The position numbers and the translations under genes are program-made. Below are positions 1 to 9,500 of a stretch of DNA of 64,000 nucleotides, piece after piece; the stretch's first letter is position 1; each line of letters begins with the position of its first letter. Source of the stretch: an uncultured Acidimicrobiales bacterium (GTDB lineage: Bacteria > Actinomycetota > Acidimicrobiia > Acidimicrobiales > UBA10347). The stretch is from the NCBI GenBank assembly GCA_943788915.1, contig CALSSD010000010.1, positions 682,001 to 746,000 on the forward strand, given 5' to 3'. The notes below the pieces were generated by a model, which did no database searches, was not told the DNA's origin, and saw nothing but the letters and a program-made list of their open reading frames with translations.

Positions 1-1068
1 TTGGCCGACGAGGCCGTCGTCGTCGAGATTACCGAAGCGAAAAAACGTTTCGCCCGAGGTGTAGCGGTGGCGATCACCGAACGCTCGGCGCATCGGGTCG
101 AACCATCGTGTGTGCATGCGGCGTCTGGTGAGTGCGGTGGCTGCGACTGGATGCATATCACCGCTGCACAACAGCGTTTCTACAAGGAAGCCATCGTTGT
201 CGAGCAGTTGCAGAGGCTGGGCGATGTCGCGCAGCCAAACGTGAGTAGTCCTGTGTTTGACCGAGGTCACCGAACGACCGTGCGATGCAGCGTGGTTGCT
301 GGGCAGGCGGGTTATCGCACCCGGCGAAGTGAGCTGTCTTTCAACGCTTCGGAGTGCGCAGCCGCAGATCCGGCACTCGAGTCGTTGATCGTCGATGGCG
401 ACTTCGGCGATGCAAGCGAAGTCACGCTGCGTATCGGGGCAGGGACTGGTGAACGAATGGTGATTACCAACGGGGACCCCGCCCGGGTGGTTGTGCCCGA
501 TGAGGTCCAGGTCGTTGCTGGCGATAGCCCAGGAAATGCCGCTGTTCACTACCAGGTGGCAGGTCGTATCTTTCGAGTGTCGGCGCAGTCGTTCTTCCAG
601 ACGTCGGGAGCAGGCGCTGAGGCGCTGGTAGCTGCAGTGGAACGCAGCCTGGCCACTGCCGAAGGCGATGTGGTTGACCTCTATGCAGGTGTTGGACTGC
701 TGGGAGCCGGCGCTGCAAATGACCGGCTGCGGTGTGCTGTCGAATCCAACCCATCTTCGGTTGCAGATGCGCGGCACAACCTGGCCAGCCAGGTGCAGGT
801 CGTTGGCTCACGGGTTGAGCGGTGGTCACCCACGCCGTTCGGAACGGTGATTGCCGACCCGGCGCGTCGAGGGTTGGCTAAGGACGGCGTGGCCGTTATC
901 GATGGCACTGGGGCTTCCCACCTCGTGCTCGTGAGCTGTGACCCTGCATCCCTTGGACGAGACGCTGGTTTGCTCGCACAAACGGGATGGGAGCATCAAC
1001 ACGCCGAGGTCATCGACATGTTTCCCGACACATCACGTATCGAAGTGGTCAGTACTTTCGTCCGTTAG
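1..1068 (+). CDS. TrmA/RlmD-family RNA (uracil-5)-methyltransferase, probably 5'-partial
   Basis: Fe-S-like motif CVH...ECGGCDW, SFFQ, DLYAGVG (SAM binding), DPAR, SCDP and DMFPDT motifs. Confidence 0.85.
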   Translation: MADEAVVVEITEAKKRFARGVAVAITERSAHRVEPSCVHAASGECGGCDWMHITAAQQRFYKEAIVVEQLQRLGDVAQPNVSSPVFDRGHRTTVRCSVVAGQAGYRTRRSELSFNASECAAADPALESLIVDGDFGDASEVTLRIGAGTGERMVITNGDPARVVVPDEVQVVAGDSPGNAAVHYQVAGRIFRVSAQSFFQTSGAGAEALVAAVERSLATAEGDVVDLYAGVGLLGAGAANDRLRCAVESNPSSVADARHNLASQVQVVGSRVERWSPTPFGTVIADPARRGLAKDGVAVIDGTGASHLVLVSCDPASLGRDAGLLAQTGWEHQHAEVIDMFPDTSRIEVVSTFVR

Positions 1069-1256
1069 CCCAGACCGGCTCTGAGCGGATGGGCTGATGC
1101 TGAGTGTCGTAGGTCATGAAAATGGAACGTGTGCGTGCCGTTGAAGACGCTGTGCTGTTCTAGACACACACGTTGACCGCTGCCGAGTCGGGGGTGTTTG
1201 GCTTGTGGGGGATGCGGCGAATGCCAGGAGTAGCCGGAGGCGAACGTGTAACCGCG

Positions 1257-3243
1257 TTAGCTATTGAAGATTTCGTCGGCGTCGCGGTCGTCCATACCAG
1301 CGAAGAAGTCGTTGACCTGTTCGTCGGCCTTCTCATCGGCTGAGTCCCACATTGCCGAGAAGCTCTTGCTCTTGGACTCGCGGGCTTCGATTTCTGCGAC
1401 TTGGCCTCGGGCATCGGCGATCATGCGGCGAGCCGCTTCGCGAGCCTCGTTGCGAATTTGCTCGGCCTCGAGTTGGGCGTTGTGGACGATGTCTACGACT
1501 TGATCCTGGGCGCCTGAGACAAGTCCAGAAGACGTCTCATGGCCGGAGCCCACGAGCTGGTCAATCTGAGACTGGGCGGTGGCCCTGATGCTGTCGGCAT
1601 CAGACATTGCTTGCTCGGTCATCATGCTCGCACGTTCGCTCGCCTGACCCAAGATCAAGTTGGCTTGTTCTATGGCCTCGGACGTGAGGCGGTTGGCCTC
1701 GTTGTCGGCCTGCGCAGCCTTGGCGACCGCTGCACTCTCAAGGAGTTCGGCTTTGCAACGGGTGTCAGCCAGAGCGTCGTGGGCCTCGCGCTCGGCGGCT
1801 GCGATTGCTTTCTCCGCTGCTTTGGCGGCAGCTGCAGCGACGTCGGATTGGGCGTTCGTCTTAATGCCTTCAATTGTCGCAAGCATGGTTGCAGCGTCGA
1901 GACGAAACTTCTCGGCGTCGGCAGAGGCCTCGGCGAGAAGCCGGTCGGTTTCGGCTTGAGAAGCCCGACGCAATTCCTCGGCCTTTGTCTCGGAACGTCT
2001 ATCCCTCTTGTCGGCTTCAGCTAGCGCACGCTCAAGAAGGGTAAAGGCCTCGGCTTCGGCCTGAGTGATCTTCTCGTCGGCGAGTGCGTTCGCTGCGGCC
2101 AGGTTCTCTTCAGAAGAAGTTTTGATTTCGGCTGCAAGTTCTTCGGCGCCGACGATGATGCGCTCTGACTTCTCGGTTGCAGATTCGATGATCTCGCAAG
2201 CTCGTTCTACGCTGTGGGCGATCACCATCTGGGACTCACTGATGGCTTCGACGGTGATGTCAGTGGCTCTTGTTTTAGCGTCTTGGCGGGCCTGGTCGAT
2301 GGCCTTGTGGGCCGAGCTCCGAGCTTCGTCTTCGATGCGGTTAACTTCAGTGGTGATGCTGGCTATGAGCTCGTCGGCTCGGTCCTGCGCTGCGCTGACG
2401 ATGGCTACTGCCCGTTCTCGGGCACTTTCAATGACCCGTGAGGCTTGGTCATTGCTTTGGCTTACGGTCGCTGCTGCCCGGCGCTGAGCGCTGTCGAGCA
2501 CTTTCTGTGCCTGCATCTGGCTCTGGTTGAGAATTTCGGTGGCACGGCGTCGAAGCCGACTAGCTTCGTCGGCAGCTGCGTTGAAGTCGTGGTGTGACCT
2601 GGCGGCACTGGGTGGCGTCTGCACGTGGAGAAGTGGGGGTGTAGGTCGCGTCGGGGTGTTGTTTTGAGTCGGCGAGAACATACGCCAGTGAACTCTCGAG
2701 TGCTTCGGCAGTTTGGAGCGCATCGGCAATGATTTCGTCTGGCGTCGCCAGCGTGGGGGTCTCAGTGATGTCGACGTCCTCGTTTTTGGTCATAGCAATG
2801 CATTCCTGGTGGTCACCGGTGGGTCGCAGGCCGGCGTTGGCCATCTCGTTGTTGACACCACGGTCACAATCATCGAGATCGTCAATGACCACCACCTCCT
2901 GCTCGGCGGTGCCTTCGAGGAAGTGGGTGTCACCTCCGTTCCTGCAGTTTTCAGCAGTCATAAGTCCGGGTGGCGCCAACGGTAGCGGTGGGAGAACCAA
3001 GGAACTGAGTGCTTCGTCGTCGACCACCATCGCCAGCGCTTCGGCAAGAGTCCGAGGAGCATTGATGTGAGGAGCATTGATGTGTGAGCTGGGAGCAAGT
3101 GAGGCGCTGAGCATGCCTGGTGTCACGCTGTCGGCAGGACCCGTACCTTGAGGCCCCATGAGGCTTCCGTTTGTCAGCATGGTGCTGCCTTTCATGATGG
3201 GTACACCCTCTGGATTTGAGGAATGAGTGCTTGGAATCTGCAT
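1257..3243 (-). CDS. Long Ala/Glu-rich coiled-coil protein (DivIVA/Scy/FilP-like repeats), split by an apparent frameshift near 2640-2670
   Basis: ORFs 2560-3243 and 1257-2729 overlap, and the protein-like portions switch frame across G/T homopolymer runs; about 430 aa of A-x-x-I-x-x-x-A coiled-coil repeats. Confidence 0.6.
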
Positions 3244-3519
3244 CGTCTACTCCCTTCGAAGCAGACATTCGGCCCCGATCGGACAGATGTAAGTCGTTCT
3301 TGCCCGCTTCGTCCGGCATCGGCCGAATCGCCTATGCCTGTAATCCACGTCGGTGATCACCCCAGACACAATTCGCAATCGGCGACTGATTGCTAGCGGG
3401 CGCGAGCGCTGAGGACTCGGCCAAAGACGTCGTCAGATGGCCAGTCATAACCGGGCCGTTTGGGAATCGTTGCAGCAGGATTGCCGAAGACGAACGGCTC
3501 CCAACTATCTTCTGCACCT

Positions 3520-4278
3520 ATGACCATCCTTGTCGAGAACCATGATCGAGTTGCCGTAATCACGCTCAACGACCCCGATCGACGAAACACTGTGACAGCC
3601 CCCATGAATGTGGCGCTGATTCAGGCGGTTGCTGAAGCCGAGTCAAACGATGACATTGGCGCCATCGTGTTGACCGGTGCGGGTCGTGGATTTTGCGCTG
3701 GCGCCCACCTCGACGATCTGCTCGGTGCGCAGAACGCCGAAGAGTTGGCCGCCATCTACACCGGCTTCCTTGCCGTCGCCCATTCCACGCTTCCGACGAT
3801 TGCTGCCGTGAATGGCGCAGCGGTTGGTGCTGGCATGAACCTGGCGCTGGCGTGCGACATGATCCTGGCTGGGGAGTCTGCCAAGTTCGATTCACGTTTC
3901 CACCAAATCGCGATCCACTCTGGTGGTGGCCACACGTGGAGGCTGCGAAACAAGACCGACGAGCAGACAGCCAAGGCCATGGTCATCTTTGGCGAACGTC
4001 TGTCGGGCCAGCAAGCGGCCGATGCTGGGCTGGCGTGGAAGTGTGTATCTGACGACGAACTACTCGGTACCGCTATCGAGTACGCAACAACCGCAGCTGC
4101 AGCCCCAAAGGCCCTTGTTGCAAAGACGAAAGAGACCTTCTCGAAGCTCGACACCATTGGTGTCTCGCAGGAGTCTGTCGATCTCGAGACCACACCGCAG
4201 TTCTGGGCCATGCAACAGCCAGAGTTCAAGGAATTCGTGGCCAACCTCAAGGCGACAATCGCGGCGAAGAAGGGCTAG
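3520..4278 (+). CDS. Enoyl-CoA hydratase/isomerase family protein
   Basis: ITLNDPDRRN, LTGAGRGFCAGAHL, AAVNGAAVGAGMNLALACD. Confidence 0.92.
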   Translation: MTILVENHDRVAVITLNDPDRRNTVTAPMNVALIQAVAEAESNDDIGAIVLTGAGRGFCAGAHLDDLLGAQNAEELAAIYTGFLAVAHSTLPTIAAVNGAAVGAGMNLALACDMILAGESAKFDSRFHQIAIHSGGGHTWRLRNKTDEQTAKAMVIFGERLSGQQAADAGLAWKCVSDDELLGTAIEYATTAAAAPKALVAKTKETFSKLDTIGVSQESVDLETTPQFWAMQQPEFKEFVANLKATIAAKKG

Positions 4279-4334
4279 GGGTAGTACGGGTTTCCTCTCG
4301 TCCCTCGGGTAGTCCGGCTTTCCGCTCGTTCCTC
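4279..4334. repeat. Imperfect 28-bp tandem duplication (24/28 identical) containing CGCTCGTTCCTC
   Basis: gggtagtacgggtttcctctcgtccctc / gggtagtccggctttccgctcgttcctc. Confidence 0.6.
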
Positions 4335-4459
4335 GCTCAAACCCTGTTTTGGGGTTTCTCGGTCAACGGTCCCGGTGAGCCGGTAGTTCGAGTTCCTGCG
4401 TCGGCGATCCTGGAGCGCGTCGCTACCCCGCATACCTCCTACGAGGCCGTCAAGGTTTC

Positions 4460-4494
4460 AACGGACACCGAGGGTCTGACCCTGCGTGTCCGTT
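4460..4494. terminator. Hairpin between convergent genes (REP-like GGGTCTGACCC core), possible bidirectional terminator
   Basis: aacggacac..agggtc-t-gaccct..gtgtccgtt inverted repeat. Confidence 0.45.
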
Positions 4495-5602
4495 AGGGGT
4501 GTCGGTACAGGAGTGCGCCCCAGTGGGCGCCGGCGCCGAATGCGGTGAAACACACGAGCGCTCCCGACGGGATGCGGCCGCCCTGGCGTAGTTCGTGAAA
4601 CAACAGTGGCAGGGTTGCGGCGGTTGTGTTGCCGTACCGGGCGATGTTGCTGGGGATGATGTCGGTGCCAACATCCATCTCCTTGCGAACCGCGTCGAGA
4701 ATTCGTTCGTTTGCCTGATGCGCGACCACTACATCGACGTCGGCGAGCGTCAGGCCGGCAGCATCGACAACATGACGCACAGCCTCGGGCATTCGCCGCA
4801 CAGCTTGTCGAAACAACTCCAGGCCGTTAAAGGTCGGATGGTGCATGCCAGCGGCGATTTGGGCAACGTCGAGCCATGGTTGTTGTTTGAAGCCTGCTGC
4901 TCGGACCCGAATGAGGTCCGAGAGCGCGCCGTCGGTGTTCAACACACTGCTCAACACACCGGGTGCATCGGGGTCGGCTTGCAGCACCACTGCGCCCGCG
5001 CCGTCGCCGAACAACACGCTCCACGCTCGGCTCTCGGTAGCGGTCGCGTACGCTGCGGCGTCTGGCGGTCCGGTTCGCTGACCTCGCAGGATCTCCCACG
5101 ATGACCCGTACGGCATGTAGCCGGTGTGGCTCTCGGCCCCGACAACTAACACGGTTCGGGCCCGTCCGGACACGATCGCAGCGTCGGCCATGTCGAGTCC
5201 ATAGAGGAACCCGCTGCACTGTTGTCGGATGTCGAAGGCGCCCACCTGGCCTAGGCCCAATCCGTGCTGGACCGTGGGTGCAATACCCGGTACGAACTCA
5301 TCTGGTGTCATGGTCGCGGTGACCAGCAGATCGACATCGGATGGCTGGACATTGGCGTCTGCCATCGCCATGGTGCACGCTTCGATGGCCAACTCCGAGG
5401 CACCAACTCCAGGTGCACAGCAGAATCGCTGGCGCACGCCGGTTCGTTTGGTGATCCATTCGTCGGTTGTGTCCATGATCGCTGCGAGATCATGATTAGT
5501 CACACAATGGTCTGGGATAGCCATTCCGGTTCCGACAATTACAGACTGCATTGGACCAAAAGGTAGTTCGGACGGCTGCAGTAGCTGTTGTTCAACGGAC
5601 AT
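4493..5602 (-). CDS. fabH: 3-oxoacyl-ACP synthase III (FabH/KASIII family)
   Basis: DTTDEWITKRTG, QQCSGFLYGL (catalytic Cys), LFGDGAGA, HQAN, GNTTAA. Confidence 0.9.
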   Translation of the reverse strand: MSVEQQLLQPSELPFGPMQSVIVGTGMAIPDHCVTNHDLAAIMDTTDEWITKRTGVRQRFCCAPGVGASELAIEACTMAMADANVQPSDVDLLVTATMTPDEFVPGIAPTVQHGLGLGQVGAFDIRQQCSGFLYGLDMADAAIVSGRARTVLVVGAESHTGYMPYGSSWEILRGQRTGPPDAAAYATATESRAWSVLFGDGAGAVVLQADPDAPGVLSSVLNTDGALSDLIRVRAAGFKQQPWLDVAQIAAGMHHPTFNGLELFRQAVRRMPEAVRHVVDAAGLTLADVDVVVAHQANERILDAVRKEMDVGTDIIPSNIARYGNTTAATLPLLFHELRQGGRIPSGALVCFTAFGAGAHWGALLYRHP

Positions 5603-5618
5603 GCACTAGCTTTTTGGC

Positions 5619-6068
5619 ATGCGATTTGACGACATAGATGCCATCAACGCCTCGATCAGCGAAGAGTTCAGCGATTGGGGCCAAACATTTGAAATGACCC
5701 AGGAAAAGGTCAACCTCTTCGCTGAGTTGACTGGGGACCACCAGTGGATTCATATCGATGTTGAGCGGGCGAATGCCGGCCCGTTCGGCGGCCCGATTGC
5801 GCATGGTTTCTTCACGCTCAGCTTGATGGCCTCGATCGTCAAGCTCCCGGTTGACCTCGAAGGTGTATCTAACGGTGTGAACTACGGCGCTAACAAGCTG
5901 CGGTTCCTGTCGCCGGTGCCAGTTCCGTCGACGCTGCACGCACGTTCGCGTTTACTCAAGGCCGAAGCCAAGGGCCCGGGCACGCTCCTAACCAGCGAAG
6001 CCACCATTCATGTCGTAGGCAACGAGAAGCCAGCGGTGCTCTACGAAATGCTCACCCTGTTGATGTAG
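5619..6068 (+). CDS. MaoC-family (R)-enoyl-CoA hydratase/dehydratase
   Basis: FAELTGDHQWIHID...PFGGPIAHGFFTLS, NYGANKLRF. Confidence 0.92.
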   Translation: MRFDDIDAINASISEEFSDWGQTFEMTQEKVNLFAELTGDHQWIHIDVERANAGPFGGPIAHGFFTLSLMASIVKLPVDLEGVSNGVNYGANKLRFLSPVPVPSTLHARSRLLKAEAKGPGTLLTSEATIHVVGNEKPAVLYEMLTLLM

Positions 6069-7268
6069 CTCGTTCCGGGTGTGTGGTGGGGCCCGAACGT
6101 GACAAGCGTGCCAGCAATACGGTTGCTGTTAGTGCAATCGTTGCTGCACCGATCACGATAAGGGTCACCCACCGCGCTTCGCCGGTGCGTTCCAAGATCA
6201 CCCCGCCGATGATTGGCCCAGGTGATCCAACCAGCAGTAGCACGGCTCCGTAGACACCCATAGTTGCGCCCAGCTGGTCTCGTTCGAACAGTTCTTCGCC
6301 CTTCATGCCCTGAAGCGGACTGAACGCGCCGATGCCGAAGCCAGCCACGATTGCGAATGCCACCGCTACTGGCATGTTGCCTGCAGCGGACAACAAAACG
6401 CCACCAATCGTCATGGCAGCGAACGCCAGGATCAACGCCCGATCACGCCCCAGCCAGTTCACGAGCGGCGAGAGCGGAATCCGGCCTCCGAGTTGGCAGA
6501 AACCGCGGAGCCCGGCCATTGACGCCGCTGTGGCGCTGCCAAGTCCAGCTGCGGTCATGACGGGAACCTGGAACACGAGCATGGTCGACATGGCCAGGCC
6601 ACCGAACCCGACAGCAATGGTGAACAAACGGGGCGCAGGTGCTGACACCGTGGACGCTAAGACCTGCCGCACCGACGGTCGTGCGGTAGGTGCAACAGCT
6701 TCGGTTGCTGGCAGGACCGCGGCCGCGGTCAGGAACGCTAGCCCGTCACGCCGGCAAGCACCCGCACTGCGACACGCCAGCCGAGTTCGGATTGCAGCCA
6801 GTCAGAACCCGGTAGAAAGATTGCTGATGCCAATGCCCCCCAGATGGTCAGCACCGCGATGGCCCTCGTCGGCTGGTCTGGATTGAGCCTGACTGCGGTT
6901 GTCATGGTCACGTGATAGAAGCCCAGGGACCCGAATGCGGCAAGCCCGATGGCGGCACCCACGAAGAACAACGCGACATGGGTCGCTGTGGACGCGGTCA
7001 CGAGCCCGGTCGTACCGACCACACCGCCAAGCAGGAAGACGGGACGATGCCCGACGCGGTCGAGCATCCGTCCCCCAAACAACGCGGATATCCCGATCAG
7101 GATCGTGCCAGCAGAGAACGACGAGGCAAGAGTTGATTCGCTCCAACCCGTGTCGCGACGGATTGGCTCAAGGAGCACCCCGAACGAGTAGTACCACGAG
7201 CCGTAGGCGCAGATCGTAAGGACACCCAGCACACCGATCGACACATGATCGATCTTCGTCTCGGACAC
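6052..7268 (-). CDS. MFS transporter, frameshifted near 6742 (one G missing in acg-ggg-cta)
   Basis: Two hydrophobic ORFs (6738-7268, 6052-6672) join into an MFS protein; GGRMLDRVGHR motif A. Confidence 0.75.
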
Positions 7269-7355
7269 AGCTCAACGTTAGTGGCTGGGCCCAAGACGAA
7301 AGTCCAGATCTCTCTCGGTTCTCGTCGAAACCTGGTGATCTCGTAGGGTCGGTTC

Positions 7356-8681
7356 ATGGACTTCAACATCCCGGCCGACATTCAAGATCTACTCGACCAA
7401 CTCGATCAGTTCATCGAGGACGAGATCAAGCCACTTGAGCGCGAGAACGACAACATCAGATTCTTCGACCATCGACGTGAAGACAGTCGCACTGACTGGG
7501 ATCGCAACGGCTGGCCGAACGAAGAGTGGGAACAGCTGCTCAAGGAAATGAAACGTCGAGCCGACGCCGCTGGTTTCCTGCGCTGGCACCTGCCCGAGCG
7601 TTTTGGCGGAAAGGACGGCTCGAACCTAGGCATGGCCATTATTCGCGAACATCTCGCGGCCAAGGGGCTCGGACTACACAACGATCTACAGAACGAGTCA
7701 TCGATCGTCGGCAACTTCCCGACGGTGTTGATGATGGAGAAATACGGCTCGCAAGAGCAGCAGGACTACTGGATTCCGAAGATGCTCGAGGGCAACGCTC
7801 GAATCGGTTTCGGCCTAACCGAGCCAATGTTCGGCACCGATGCCACTCGTATGGAGACCAACGCCTACAAAGACGGCGATGAATGGGTCATCAACGGTGC
7901 CAAACGATGGAACACCGGTATGCATGCCGCAACCCACGACTACATCTTCTGCCGCACCTCGGGCAGTCCAGGCGAGGCCGCGGGCATCACCAACTTCATC
8001 GTCCCGGTTGACTCTCCCGGATTCAAGGTCGAGTTCATGTGGTGGACCTACAACATGCCGACCGACCATGCCGAAGTCACGTTGACCGATGTGCGGGTCA
8101 AGGAGTCAGACATGCTCGGGCCAGAAGGCCAGGGACTCGCCACAGCGCAACTGTTTGTGCACGAGAACCGCATCCGTCAAGCCGCATCGAGTTTGGGTGC
8201 GGCCCAGTACTGCATCAACGAGGCCGTGAAGTACGCCCGTGAACGCATGATCCACGAGCGTGCCTTGTCGGTAAATCAGGGCATCCAGTTCCCGCTTGTT
8301 GAACTGCACACCCAGGCCGCGATGTTGCGCGAGCTCATCCGAAAGACGGCGTGGCAGCTCGATCAGGTCGAACACGGCACCGAGATCTCCGACAAGGTCG
8401 CAATGTGCAACTACCAAGCCAATCGTTTGGTAGGCGAGGCTGCTGACAAGGCAATCCAGGTGCATGGTGGGATCGGCTATAGCCGTCACATGCCGTTCGA
8501 ACACATCTTCCGTCACCATCGTCGTTATCGCATCACCGAGGGCTCTGAAGAGATGCAGATGCGTCGTGTTGGCCAGTACCTGTTCGGCTACGGCGGCAGC
8601 GCAGAGATGTTCGAGACGCCGTCGTTCGCCAGCCGGTTCAACAAGGTCCAACGAGGCGCCCCCGCCAGCTGGCTCGACTAA
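7356..8681 (+). CDS. Acyl-CoA dehydrogenase
   Basis: FGLTEPMFGTDA, WVINGAKRWNT, AIQVHGGIGYS, RITEGSEEMQ. Confidence 0.95.
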   Translation: MDFNIPADIQDLLDQLDQFIEDEIKPLERENDNIRFFDHRREDSRTDWDRNGWPNEEWEQLLKEMKRRADAAGFLRWHLPERFGGKDGSNLGMAIIREHLAAKGLGLHNDLQNESSIVGNFPTVLMMEKYGSQEQQDYWIPKMLEGNARIGFGLTEPMFGTDATRMETNAYKDGDEWVINGAKRWNTGMHAATHDYIFCRTSGSPGEAAGITNFIVPVDSPGFKVEFMWWTYNMPTDHAEVTLTDVRVKESDMLGPEGQGLATAQLFVHENRIRQAASSLGAAQYCINEAVKYARERMIHERALSVNQGIQFPLVELHTQAAMLRELIRKTAWQLDQVEHGTEISDKVAMCNYQANRLVGEAADKAIQVHGGIGYSRHMPFEHIFRHHRRYRITEGSEEMQMRRVGQYLFGYGGSAEMFETPSFASRFNKVQRGAPASWLD

Positions 8682-8760
8682 CCCACCCCGACGCCCCGAC
8701 GCCCCGACCCCCGACACCCAGCCCTCTGACTCAAAGACCCGTAACGCGAAGAGCTGTAAC

Positions 8761-8811
8761 GCAAATTAGGAGCGTGGTGTACGTATTTCGTGCATCACGC
8801 ACCTAATTTGC
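8761..8811. repeat. 51-bp palindromic REP-like element, family A, copy 1
   Basis: GCAAATTAGG-agcgtggtgtacg-tattt-cgtgcatcacgca-CCTAATTTGC; second copy at 34326-34376. Confidence 0.8.
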
Positions 8812-8815
8812 ATAG

Positions 8816-9199
8816 ATGAGACGACAGAATGTTGCATCCGGAAGCCCCTTCGAGGATGTGCACGGTTATTGCCGTGCTGTTCGGGTGGGAAATCAGGTTC
8901 ACGTGGCCGGTACGTGCGCAGCGATGGATGCGCTCGAGGGAACCGACACGTACGAACAGGCAGTGTCCGCGCTCGGGATCATTACTACCGCGATGTCCGA
9001 AGTCGGCGCCGGACCCGCAGACGTGGTGCGCACCGTGATCTATGTGACCGACATCGACCGGGACATGCAACAGGTCGCACGGGCACACCTCGAGCTCTTT
9101 GATGACGTGCGGCCGGTGTCGACCATGGTCGAAGTCGCCAAGTTGGTCGACCCTCGGATGACCGTTGAGATCGAGGTCTACGCCATTATCGATGCATAG
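8816..9199 (+). CDS. RidA/YjgF/UK114 family protein
   Basis: SGSPFEDVHGYCRAVRVGNQVHVAGT, RPVSTMVEV, VEIE. Confidence 0.9.
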   Translation: MRRQNVASGSPFEDVHGYCRAVRVGNQVHVAGTCAAMDALEGTDTYEQAVSALGIITTAMSEVGAGPADVVRTVIYVTDIDRDMQQVARAHLELFDDVRPVSTMVEVAKLVDPRMTVEIEVYAIIDA

Positions 9200-9256
9200 T
9201 CACGCTGGCGTAGCTCGAACTCGTGGTCCCAAACGGTGGGTTGTTAGATTAACAAA

Positions 9257-9493
9257 ATGCGCATCTTCGACGCTCTCGTTCACAGGTTTCGCCGCACGAA
9301 GGTAACGGCGACATGCGAACCCGATATGAAAATGGTCGAACTCGCCGAAAAACTTGCCGAAAAGCGCGGCGAGAACGTGACGACAGGCGTTGCTCAACCA
9401 GGTGAGAACGTTGGGGAACGGTTGGCATCGAGCGCCGACCTGTTAGGAATCGTGACGAGCACGCGAGAAGACAAGATCATCTCGGGCGGATGA
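9257..9493 (+). CDS. Hypothetical 78-aa protein
   Basis: Fills the gap between genes, has plausible codon usage and a TAGATT -10-like hexamer 6 nt before ATG. Confidence 0.5.
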   Translation: MRIFDALVHRFRRTKVTATCEPDMKMVELAEKLAEKRGENVTTGVAQPGENVGERLASSADLLGIVTSTREDKIISGG

Positions 9494-9500
9494 GGGTGAG

